Shown in pieces: positions 11,436 through 22,104 of a DNA stretch of 64,000 nt; position 1 is the stretch's first letter, and the number at the start of each line of letters is the position of its first letter. This DNA is from Chlorokybus atmophyticus. Lineage: Eukaryota; Plantae; Mesostigma and Chlorokybus algae. Under the pieces are notes generated by a model. It saw only the letters and a program-made list of their open reading frames with translations, did no database searches and had not been told where the DNA came from. The stretch is taken from assembly GCA_009103225.1 (NCBI GenBank), contig RHPI01002204.1:359810-423809 (forward strand), read 5' to 3'. The translations under genes were made by a program, and so were the position numbers.

Positions 11436-13860
11436 ATGGCTATTGGGGAGGGCAGCCTACTGCCTGCTGCAGCTGATTGCTTCAGGGCCAAGGGCAACCA
11501 TTTGCTGGGCCAGGCCAGCAAATGGTTCCTAATGAATGAGGAGTACAAGCATATGCGCACAACGCTGATGGTCAACCTAGAGAAGCTGAAGAAGGAGATG
11601 TTAAGCAAGTGGCCACTACCTCAAGGTATGAAAGGCAAGGACTTCAAGATGAATGCCGAGCACCGGCAGGAGCTCGACGAAGTATGCGAGGCGGTCTTGC
11701 AGCAGTCACTTCCACTGGTCTTTGACGTAAACCACACGCTCACGTGGACAAAAGGTGAGCTGCTTTCTTGGTGACATCTGCTGTTTGACAGAAACTTGCA
11801 TTCAGCTGTGTTGAAGTGAGCTTTCAAGCATGTCGTTCAGCTTTCAGTTCACTCACTGTTTGCTTAGCTGTCTTGCCATTGACAGTCCTTGCCCTGGTTG
11901 ATGTGTTTGTGCTTGTTGATTCATTGACCAGTTGCGATATGCTGTCTTTGAGGCTGTCTTCTGCTAGATGCCATCTTCCAACAGCTGAAAATGCTGTATT
12001 GGAGCTGTCTTGCCGTTGACAGTCCTTGCCGCTGGTACTTTGCTGTACTCTTATCTGCTTGTGTTGCAGCACAAATCAAGCAGCATGTACTGGTGCTGCA
12101 GTACTCCGTTGGCGCGAAGCGCGGCAGTGGTACCGGGAAGAGCGTCTAAGAACGCAATGAGGCCAAGAAGCAAAGGCGTGCAAGCGACAGGGAAGCTGCA
12201 CAAGGTAGCCGCGCTGCTCAAGCTGGAGCTGGCTGGGGCATGACATTTTGTCTGGGGAGGGACATGAGGGCCAACCAGCAGGTGGTCATGCTTGCGCCTT
12301 TAACCGCTCTTCCTCTCACAAACGCTCAGTACCGGGCCACTTGGCTAAAAGAGAGGTAAGCAACTATGGTGATGTCGGTCGACTGTCGGTCCTGTTGTAC
12401 TGTTTTGCTGAGCTGCTGCCTCCATGCATACTGGCTTAACACATGGTGCCTGCTACTCTGAATGCTACTCTGCGTGTCATGACAGGGGTGCGGACGGATA
12501 TGCTGAAGATCAGGTGTTCGACATTTGCAACAACGCAGTAGTTGTTGGCGACGCCACCATCGATTCCGTATGCGAGCCAGACCAACCAATGCGCACGTAT
12601 CCAGTCTCTGTTAACCACTGGATGGCAATGAGAAGTGAGGATGGCAACCTTGCCGATCAACTACCTGTGAAAGAAAGGCATTTTCTCTATGGCACGCCGA
12701 CAAGCAGCTGCCATGGTGGGCGTACTCTGGAGGTACATTGCTTGCTGTGGATGGGCACATGCTCCTGCTGTGACTGTATGGTGTAGTGCATGAGCATTTC
12801 TTGTGTTAAACACAACAACATGCAGGGCAGGGAGATGGAGTGGCCCATGATGGTCTTGGCCAGCGGAGGCATCTGCCCCTGTGAGGCATGCGCTAACGAT
12901 GAGCGCATTGCGGTGCCGGGTTGCATCAAGGACCGGCTACCTACGCCCGCAGCCAGGCACAGCACACACACAGAGGTTAATAAGGGCTGTTGTTAGGCTG
13001 TTGTCACATCATGAACAGTCGCCAATGCAGCCATTGATCACGCCTTGACAGTCGCAAATTGCATTACATGTTACAGTTCTTGACAGTCATTAATGCACTG
13101 CAGACTGTCAATGATATTGACAGTCGCCAATGGACTGCACTGACCACTCTGGGTCCTAGGCAGGTTGCTGGGGCGATCTCTGACTGTGAAGATGAAGAAG
13201 CCGCCGCCATGGACTTGCGAACTGCAGCGGGGATCGTGTGCAACACCAAGCCCAACGCCCCCACCAGAGAGGAGGCAATGGACATGTATGAGTACTACCA
13301 CCACATCGAGCACACGCTGTTCCACAATGGTCACCAGCTGGCATTCAAGGACCCCAACCAAATGGAGCGTGTGCCAGACGAGCTGATGTTGAGAGCCATT
13401 GTCAGCTTTGCTGCCAGGAAAAAGTGGTTGATGTCCAACAAAGATGTTGAAGGAGGGTGCAAGTGGGGATCCAATCGCAAACTACCAGGTATGCATACTT
13501 CACTGCAGCAAGTTAACGACAGTCCTTTGCTGGTTTTCAAGAGTGATGATTTGGTACAATGCAGGGCTTTTGAGCGAGGCAAAGAAGAGAAAGCCATTCC
13601 GACCCAAGAGGCAGTGGACGCGACAGCCCTCGTCATCCTCCTAGGTGGGTGGTTTCCTGTGCTATGGTCAAGTTACATTACTGTTTGTGTAAGCACGTGA
13701 CAGTACAGTTGTTGTGCAGAGCTCAACAAGCACTCGCTAAGTGTTTGCAAGAGATGCTGTTGAGCAAGGCTGTCGCGGGTGTCTTCACATTGGGGTTGAA
13801 TCAACCAGGGAGAGCACAAGTCTGGCTTCCTGGCGAAGGTGCTGGCAACACAAGAGACTG
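11436..13860 (+). CDS. Unknown multi-exon cargo gene of the CACTA-like element
   Basis: Exon-like ORFs 11436-11753, ~12110-12355, 12424-12786, 12790-12996 and 13160-13490 with plausible GT donors; Cys-rich segments; no family recognised. Confidence 0.4.
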
Positions 13861-14019
13861 ATGTTGTTAGCTGCTCCTGTTACCTCCTGTAACCGCAGCT
13901 TGAAGTGCATGTAGGAGACTGTAGCTACAGTCTCACTGGCTTGACACTGATGGGCTGTCGTTTGACAGTCCATTACAGCATTTCTGTGAATTGCATGCGT
14001 GTCGGATTGTATGCACCGG

Positions 14020-14723
14020 GCACGGTGCAGGCACCAGTGCTAAGACCATGCATGGATTCAATGGCTGTGACATCATGACAGACCATGCATGGTGCGACTG
14101 TCAATCAGACCATGTGGTGCGTTGTCTGTTAGGACCAGACATGGTGCCGCTTGTGGACCATGCATGGCTTCAATGGCTGTGACATTATGATAGACCATGC
14201 ATGGTGCGACTGTCAATCAGACCATGTATGGTGCGTTGTTTGTTAGGACCATGCATGGTACCGCTTGTGGACCACATATGCACAACAAAGTCCGTATCCA
14301 TGGACCGTGCATGGTGCGACTCGATCAGACTGGCACCCATAAATGGTCCACTGAGCCAGGAGGGCAGCGCACCATGCATGGTCTGAAATATGTCAGTTTA
14401 AACAAAGACTTCCGGTCCGTATCCATGGACCGTGCATGATGCGACTGTCGATCACCAGACATGTGGAAGTAACAAACCATGCCTGGTCTTCTGCGCCAGG
14501 GGGCATTGCACCATACATGGTCCTTGCAAACTCATACAAATAGGTCACCATACATGGTGCGACCCCAAACAAACATGGGACCGTTCACGTGAGGTTTGGA
14601 CCATGCATGGTCCGACTGTCATTGACAGTCCGACCATATATGATCCACCAATTTCACTTAGCAGGGGAAAATCCCGGTTCAGAGGTACGGACCATTCATG
14701 GTCCTTTGACGTCAATCGGTGTG
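14020..14723. repeat. Right subterminal repeat array, including a ~110-bp tandem duplication
   Basis: GACCATGCATGG units; duplicated unit ~14044-14270; perfect palindrome 14598-14613. Confidence 0.9.
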
Positions 14724-16130
14724 TGTGATGCTGAGAATGGCAATCTTCGTTGCTTCGCCAGCACACAGGGTTCACACAACACCTCTTGCATGGTGTCCAT
14801 CTCCTCCAGCTTAATGTTGATGCCATCCACCATGTCTTCCTTTATCAGCCTGGTGAGGTTATCGTAGCCGAGATGTTCAAGTCGTCGATGCCACAGCGCT
14901 GCAGAGTCTTTTGTCGATGCAGTATACGCTTGCACTCAAGCAAGCTTCACATGATACTCTCCTCCTCCATAATCTTTGGCGATCATGTACACAACCCCAT
15001 CAATCAGTACACGCCCATGGTCTCCCTCAAATACAGTCATAGCCCCAGCTCTTGCAGCAGCACGCAGACTAGACTAACAACCGCTCGGGGAACATGTAAC
15101 ACATTGCGCAAGCACACTTGCCTCCCAGCTCCGTCAACACTGCAATTAAGGTGGATATCCCCCATGCCAATGGCTGCTTCCTCACTGCTTCCAAATGTGA
15201 CCATGACAGGCTTGTGCATAAGCTTGTAGCTCTGGAACTGCTCCTTGTCAAAGGTGAGATGCTTGTTGCACCCGGAGTCCAGCACCCAAGTAGTAGCAAA
15301 TCTTGACGATGCAGCTGTAAAGGCCATGGGTTTCTCACCCTTGTTGTCGTCCGCCACCCTTCGCCTTCTCTTGCTCCGCTAACCACATCCGGCACTCTAT
15401 TGAAGTGGCCCTTCTTCCCACAATCATGACACTTGTGGGTCATCTTGTAGTCCTTCCACTTCCTGTTGCCACCGTTGTACGAGCCTCCTCCTCCACCCAG
15501 ACTTCCTTTCTTTAAGCTTGAAGCAGCAAACGCCACCGAATCTGCTTCATCCCTTTTCCTGCCTGTCTTCTCTTCTTGTTGAAGCAGCACGGGCAGCACC
15601 ACGTTGAGCTTGAGTTCTCCCCTCTGCGTCTCAAGCACGGTCACCACCATGTAGCACTCCTCTAGAAGACCGGAGAGGATAGCCCAAACCAGCTCCACCT
15701 CTTTCACCTCGTGGCCTATCGTATCGAGGTCTTTCCACAGCTTCCTTGCTCGTCCCACGGACTTAAAAATAGGCTCCGCTGACTCCTTCTTTAACGCGTT
15801 CAAATGCCTCCTCAGCTGCAGCTTTCTTGCATTGTTGCTTGCTTCGAACGTGTCTGCTAGCTTCTGCCACTCTTCCTTGGCATGCTCACACTCATCAAGC
15901 ATCACAAGATGGTGATCCTTCACGTTCAAGAACAGCAATTCAAGTGCCTTTTCACTCTTCTCCAACCGCACACTCTGTATACTCTACAAGTGCGTCACCG
16001 TTAGAATCGGCATACTTCCGCAAACCCTTGTGCTTCAGGAGCGCCTTCATCTTTATGCTCCATGTGCTGTAGTTCTCTAGATGCAGAGGTGCCACCAACA
16101 ACGTAGCGCTTGAGCCTTCATCTTCTGCCA
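14724..16130 (-). pseudogene. Copia gag, protease and GAG-pre-integrase zinc finger
   Basis: Gag WQKLADTF...LRRHLNALK, knuckle CHDCGKKGH, protease WVLDSGCNKHLT, zinc finger LWHRRLEHL...CEPCVLAKQ. Confidence 0.92.
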
Positions 16131-16242
16131 TCTTGTCACGCCTTTTTTGGAGGTCTTCCGCAAGTAGCAGCTCCGCTCAGCTTCTCCACTAGTTATAGTG
16201 ATGTCTCCTCTCTTGAACCACTAGCAGTATGGGCCCATAACC

Positions 16243-16749
16243 TGTTGAACACTTAGCTAGCATTGGCCAACTATAGCATACACTTGCACCAGAATATATA
16301 CACAAGGCATGCACACAAGGCTTGCAAAGGGGTTTCACAAAAACCAACAACTTGTTAACTCCGCTGGCCTTTATACCAGCCGGACTACACATGTCTACTT
16401 TAGCGAGCACCGCGTGAGCTATACTCAGCAGATTGCCAATATATAAGCTTAGCTCTCTAGCTTACAGCCAAAGCTTTTCAACAAACTAAGCCACGCCTCC
16501 CAAAGCTTGGTATACGGGGAATTCTCGCCGTTCTCCCAAGGCATTTGCTGCGGCAGGCTGCGCCAGCCTCATGAGCAAGTCTAGAGTCTCCTGCTTGGTC
16601 ATACTCCGCGTAGTGGACTCGATATCTGCTACAGACTTATAATTGATCGATATCAGCTCATACTAGTAACAGTATCTCTAAGGCTCATGCCTTAGCCAAT
16701 TCACAAGCTAACTGGACTGAGCACTGTGCAAGACATGCTCATGCTAAGA
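16243..16749 (-). repeat. Copia 5' LTR (507 bp)
   Basis: Adjacent to the PBS; homologous to 4982-5487; the outer terminal dinucleotide is mutated. Confidence 0.95.
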
Positions 16750-18130
16750 GCAAAGTCATGGGACCATGCCATTGGCCCTCTTGCTACGGAGGACACACGA
16801 GAGAAGTTAAAGGCTCTCCTCAGCAAGTAGACAAGCCAATTTAGCTTCAACGTTAAGGAGCTGGGTGCATGTTCAGTGTACAAGAGATGGACATCCAGCT
16901 GGTGGACACCGAGCCGGTGTTCCGACGGCAATACAGGCTCTCCAAGTTGGAAGAGGATCTAGTGGAACAGAGATGTCAGACTCTGCTGAACGCAGGCTTC
17001 ACTGAGGAGTCCACATCAAACTTTGTAGCCACGACAGTCATGCCATTAAAGGAGGATTCAGTAGGCAATTGCACAGAATGGCGCATGTGCGGCGACTACC
17101 GCCCCCTCAACAACAAGACAAAACAAGACAAGTACCCAATGCCCACATCAGAGGGCATCTTTAAAGATGTAGGAGACTGCACGGTCTTTAGCATCGTTGA
17201 CATGCGCCAAAGGTACAATTACATTGCCATCAAGGACGAGGACAAGCACAAGACCTCCTTATGGGGCAATCGACAGTTGTACCAGTAGAAGGTGATGCCG
17301 TTCGGGCTGAAGAATGCCCCTGCCAAGTTCCAATGCGTCATGGACAAAGCCTTGAAGGGGCTGGACTTCTCGCGATGCTGAATTGACAACATCCTCATCT
17401 TCAGCCGCAGCAACGAATAGCACCTACAGAACATCCAGGAGGTGCTGAAGAGGCTCAAGGGAGTGGGGATGACTGTGCACCCCGACAAGTGCATCTTTTT
17501 GCCTCACAAGGTACCCTACTTGGGGCACATGATTGTGCCCCACCGTGTGTACGTACAGCATGCAAAGGTGGAGGCCCTGGCAGCTGTCCCTGCTCCTATG
17601 GACCGCACGCGCCTGCGCGCCTTCTTGGGCCTTACCAACTACTATCGCTGGTTCGTAAAGGACTTCGCGAAGATAGCGCGGCCCCTCAACGAGCTACTGA
17701 AGAAGGAAGTGGAGTTTGCGTGGAAGGAGCCGAAACATCAAGCCAGTAAGCACAGGCTCACCACAGCTCCCATCCTTCAATGCCCTGACTACACCAAGCC
17801 CTTCATCCTTCACACCGACTGGAGCAAGCTGGGGGTGGGAGCCGTGCTGGTGCAGCATGATGAGAACAAGAAAGAGCGCGTGGTGTTATACGCTTGCCGG
17901 AACAACAACAGTGCCGAGGCCAACTATATCAGCTACGAGGGAGAGTGCCTCGCTGCAGTGTGCGCTATCTCCTTCTTCCAGCCCTTGCTGTCCGGTTGGC
18001 AGTTTTAGTTGATCACGGACCATCAGCCACTTAAGTGGTTTATGACCAACCAGCACTCGACAGGAAAACTTGCCCGTTAGGCCTTACTACTGCAATAGTA
18101 TAATCTTGAGATCGACCACCGCGCCGGCCT
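16750..18130 (+). pseudogene. Gypsy RT and RNase H
   Basis: WRMCGDYRPLN, MPFGLKNAPAKFQ, catalytic YxDD decayed to *IDN (17379); RNase H FILHTDWSKLGVGAVL, YEGECLA, ITDHQPL. Confidence 0.92.
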
Positions 18131-18424
18131 TACCATTCAAGACGCCAATGGACGCAGTCGTAACCCCCACCTCAGCATTAATGACACAACCGGAGCTCGA
18201 CATGAGCTCGATCTTGCGACTGCAGCTCCTATGGTGGCTGCCATGTTCGCTGTCGCGGCATTGCGTGTAGGTTGCAAGACCAACATAGCTGCCACAGCAG
18301 CAGCTAAGGAGATGCCTGCCCTTGAGTCAACCGGCCTTGCATGGGACGCCACAAGAGACACGCACACCATCAACGTCGATGTCGATGACATGGAGCTGGC
18401 GTCCACCGACACCAGGCAAGACAT

Positions 18425-20100
18425 ATGGCTGAACAATCCCTCTCTTTCCTCCAAAGTGGTCAGGTCCCTGCAAGCATGAGTGCGCGTGAGAAGAACCGCG
18501 TCAACCAACGCACTCAACACTACCGCTGGGCAGATGACAAGCTGTATTGGCGTCTTCACGGTGAAAATAAGGAGATGCCGACCCCAGCCACACGTGAGGG
18601 CATCATCACTACCCTACACACTGAGCTCGGACACTTTAAGCGTACAGTCTGCCTTGTAAGGGCACAATATTGATGGCATGGGTTATACAAGCAAGTGAAG
18701 GAGTTTTTCTGTTGAGAGTATTCCTACATACGATCAGCATCGACCCTCCACACAGGAGTAGAAGTTCGTAAGGCGAGCACTAGGTCCGGACTTAGCAAGA
18801 CGGCACCGTCGGACCAGACTCCGGACTCCAGACTGGAGCCTTACTAACCGCTTTGTATCTCCGCGTATACTTACTCATATTAGGCGTGTAAGCGCTTGTT
18901 AGAAAGCTCTAGTTTTAAGAAAGATAACACAGCTTAGAGCGCGTTATAAGGCTGAGTATAGCTTACGCAGTGCTTGCAAATGTAGACGTGTATGTAACTG
19001 GCTGGTATAAGAAGCAGCGGACGACTTGTAATAGATGAATGTGATGTGACTTGTGTATGCTCTAGTGGCGGTAGCTCTGTCTCTGTGTGTCCATGCTTGC
19101 CTCAGCTACATCTGCATGTTAGTCCTTCAACAAGTTGGTAAGGCACCGCCGACATTGTGCGCGCAAGCCTCAACACGCGCAGTGCCACGCTGCGTCCTCT
19201 CCCCATCTCCGGCCTCTTCTATCGCTGGGGGCTCGACATCTTGGGAGACTTGTCACCCTCGGCACGTGGCAACCGCTACATCCTAGTGATGATCGAGCAT
19301 TTCTCCAAGTGGGTGGAGATGGTGCCACTACCCGATAAGAGCAGTAGGGGGGTGGCTCAAGCCTTCCTCTCTCATGTCTCCAGCCTCTTCGGCAGCTATA
19401 CAGAGGTCATCAGCGACCAAGGCACCGAGTTCAGAGGGGAGTTCAACACTCTCTTACACAGGTGCTACATTGATCATTGCCGTACCTCGCGTGACCACCC
19501 TCAAGCCGACGGTCTCGTCAAGCGCACGGTGCCAACCATCCAAAAGCACTCCGCAAGTATGTGCTGGCGTACGAGAAGAGAACACCTGGGATGACCACCT
19601 CCCATGGGTGGCTCTTGGATACCGACTATCGAAGCGGGCAGCTCTGCGCGAGTACCGCTCGTACTACTTTCTGCTCGGGGGACCGCCGCTGCTTCCTTTC
19701 CGTGCACAGCAGGAGGTGAACCGCATGGTGAACAACCTCGACGATCCCGACTGGATGCACCATGACATTATCATGCGCGCAGCACTATTGAAGCGCACAG
19801 TCCCTATGGCCTTCAACAACTTGCGCATCGTGCACCGCGACACGCTACGCTACGAGTGCGTGCGCAGTGGCTTCTACAAGGAGCGCCACTGCCGGTTTCA
19901 AGCAGGGGACGTCGCCTACCGCATGGAGGCCACCAAGGACACGCTTGACACCTCCAATGCTCGCACGGTCTACAAGGTGCTCAAGGTGTACCTTACAGGG
20001 GTACAAGACCTCCTCGGCCAGAATGGCGAGAGGTTGAAGGACAACATGCTGAACCGCGCGCCGTGTCACCTCCCTTACATAGCAGGGTCATGGCGTATCA
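18425..20100 (+). pseudogene. Gypsy integrase (HHCC zinc finger split by the solo LTR; DDE core)
   Basis: HTELGH...W; RWGLDILG, VISDQGTEFRGEF, HPQADGLVKR. Confidence 0.9.
18710..19132 (+). mobile_element. Solo LTR of a related Copia family
   Basis: TGTTGA...TCAACA termini. Its core GCTGAGTATAGCTTACGCAGTGCTTGC...GGCTGGTATAA matches the reverse complement of the Copia LTR. It interrupts the Gypsy KELVRH codons. Imperfect TSD AGTTT/AGTTG with 3 extra bases. Confidence 0.85.
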
Positions 20101-20128
20101 ACACCCTCACCCCGCCCGCAGCACGCGT

Positions 20129-20274
20129 TGCGAGCGCTACCGCAGCGTCGACGACGACTCGCTCATAATGTTTGGCGATGGCTGCAACAAGGGCCTGAAT
20201 TGCTACTCACAGACAGTCTCGGAGCCCCCACTGGATGCGGTACCAGTATGGAGGAGTATCGGTGTGATGACTGC
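20129..20274 (+). pseudogene. Degenerate PHD finger at the Gypsy integrase C-terminus
   Basis: CER[Y]RSVDDDSLIMF[G]DGCNKGL[N]CY...PPLDAVP, then YRCDDC after a frameshift. Spacing fits C4HC3; the bracketed residues are single-base changes from C, C and H. Confidence 0.7.
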
Positions 20275-20652
20275 CGCGTCAACGGCCCTTCCTTGCATTG
20301 AACACTGAACTCTAGAGCTGGAACCTCCTAAGAGGCTCAGGGGGGTTGGCTTGTTACCTGTGTGTCCTACAGCACAGCATGTATACTAAGGAGGAGATTC
20401 TCTCCACATGTTCGCACCACTCCACATCAGCGGCTGTGCACCAAGAAGCATATACTGTCACAGAAAATTGGGTTATCTTTTTGCTTTTGCTAACACCACC
20501 AGATCTCTCTCTCGCTCTCGCTGTGTACTTGCACATGGCACTGCAAGTGGCCGTGCGTGCTTGCGTGTATTGCACTAATGTGGTGATTCCAATTCCTGTT
20601 GCATATGCATGCACGTGTAAGTGGCCGCGCCTACTTGCACATGCATGGTAGG

Positions 20653-21182
20653 TGTAACGGGAAGATTCATTGCATTACCACAAAGCGACCATAAAAGCAC
20701 CAAGTCTTTTGTGGTCGAGTGGGCTGTGACATTGGTTATCGGAGCTTGAGACCCGTGTTCAATTCCTGCCTTGCACACGAATTCCGCGGTCGTTGTTTCT
20801 CGATCCAATAAAATCGTAGATGGTCACTTCATAAGTGCCATCATCAATAGGTCGCGACTTGCCTAATGGCAGTCGCGTCGGACTGACCAGTTCAGTCGGC
20901 GCGGCAGGACGCGACCTGCCTGTCGCGATGCGACCTGTGGGGCCGGCAGCGGTGCGCTATGCGCGCGTTGACCGGTTTGGGCCTAAATTGGCCGGTCCTT
21001 GGGTGGTGGGGCCGGTGACCAACCCTAACTGAGACCCCTGGGAAGATTCCCCAGCTGATGAGCGCCAGCTGCCGAAGACGTCAGCGTTCTTAAGTTGGGG
21101 GGAATGTAACGGGAAGGTACATTAAATTACCACAATCGACCATAAAAGCACCAAGTCTTTTGTGGTCGAGTGGGCTGTGACA
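20653..21182 (+). mobile_element. TRIM (miniature non-autonomous LTR element), 530 bp
   Basis: LTRs 20653-20731 and 21105-21182 (TGTAAC...GTGACA). PBS-like [29 protein letters not shown]. Perfect 5-bp TSD GTAGG. Confidence 0.95.
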
Positions 21183-21304
21183 GTAGGTGTATTATACTAC
21201 TGTGTTGGTTCCAATTCAATCAAGGCCTGTGCTGTTACATTAACGTTTATTCACATGTTAATGTCATGCAGTACTTGTTAAACGTGCACTAATTTTACAC
21301 CCCC

Positions 21305-21389
21305 NNNNNNNNNNNNNNNNNNNNNNNNNNNNNNNNNNNNNNNNNNNNNNNNNNNNNNNNNNNNNNNNNNNNNNNNNNNNNNNNNNNNN
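21305..21389. other. Assembly gap (85 N)
   Basis: Run of N bases. Confidence 1.
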
Positions 21390-22104
21390 CCGCCCGACAG
21401 GACTTGCACGCATGAGCTTTGAACGCGGACTTGCGGATCCTCATCTACACCCCAAACCCAGACCCAGACCTAGCAGATCATGGCCTTCAATGGGCCCGAC
21501 ACAATACTGCTGAGCTGAGTTGGAGCTATATGGTGTTGCTATGGTGGTTGTAGTTGCAAGAGTATGAAACTATGTAGCTAGATAAATAAAAGCAGGCGGC
21601 ATAGGTAGTAAGCACATGAATGGATTATTTTTAGGAGTTTGTGTGCGCTGTTATATCAGTGTTTTTCCATTGTGCTCACTTGTAAACACAATGGCATGTT
21701 GAAACCCGCAGTGTTCCTGTTGTGTCAGTATTGGCATAAAACGAGCACCTTATAACGCTTATAAAAATTGTGTGCCAATGCTGACCCATGAAAGACATGA
21801 GCCTGCAATGGCACATACACCTTTTATGGCAGTTTTTGGTACGACTATTATGTGTCAGGTATGGCATCCTATTTTTGTGCCAGTACTTGCTGCATAGATA
21901 GCTTACCATCACCGGCACAAACCATTTGTGCTTGCAACCAGTAGGTAGGAGAATCAAAAAAAAAAAAACTCCATTACTTGCACAAGTGATTTTGTGCCAG
22001 TTTTGGGGACTTTCGAGTCCAAACCCGAAAAGCAGGTGCTTGTACTGGCACAAACATTTTGTGCCAGTATTAACACGGGCTGCAGGCGCCACGTGATAAA
22101 TATG

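Larger units (their letters stand above)
7992..14723. mobile_element. CACTA/CMC-like DNA transposon, non-autonomous, with cargo genes
   Basis: Imperfect TIRs CACACGGATTGACGTTCAAGGA / CACACCGATTGACGTCAAAGGA. 3-bp TSD TGT (7989-7991, 14724-14726). Removing the element restores the Copia frame (FSASQSVTTKPLQLVHSDVCGP). Subterminal repeat arrays at both ends. No DDE transposase recognised. Confidence 0.9.
4856..16749 (-). mobile_element. Ty1/Copia LTR retrotransposon, interrupted by a CACTA-like element
   Basis: LTRs 16243-16749 and 4982-5487 (roughly 10% diverged by eye). PBS GGTTATGGGCCC (16231-16242). PPT-like GCGTGGGAG (5488-5496). TSD GCAAC (4851-4855) / GCAAA (16750-16754). Domain order gag-PR-INT-RT-RH. 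Confidence 0.95.
643..20345 (+). mobile_element. Decayed Ty3/Gypsy LTR retrotransposon (gag - PR - DNMT - RT - RH - INT - PHD), interrupted by Copia (4856-16749) and a solo LTR (18710-19132)
   Basis: Domain order PR-RT-RH-INT on the + strand is Gypsy-type. Coding sequence resumes at 16750 after the Copia insertion. Many stops and frameshifts. Its own LTRs were not identified, so the outer limits are approximate. Confidence 0.9.

Noticed and set aside
14197-14728. Short ORFs in the right subterminal array
   Set aside because: Repeat-derived artefacts.
20653-20731. Cassandra-type 5S rRNA within the TRIM LTRs
   Set aside because: The LTRs are only 78-79 bp and show no 5S A/C-box similarity.
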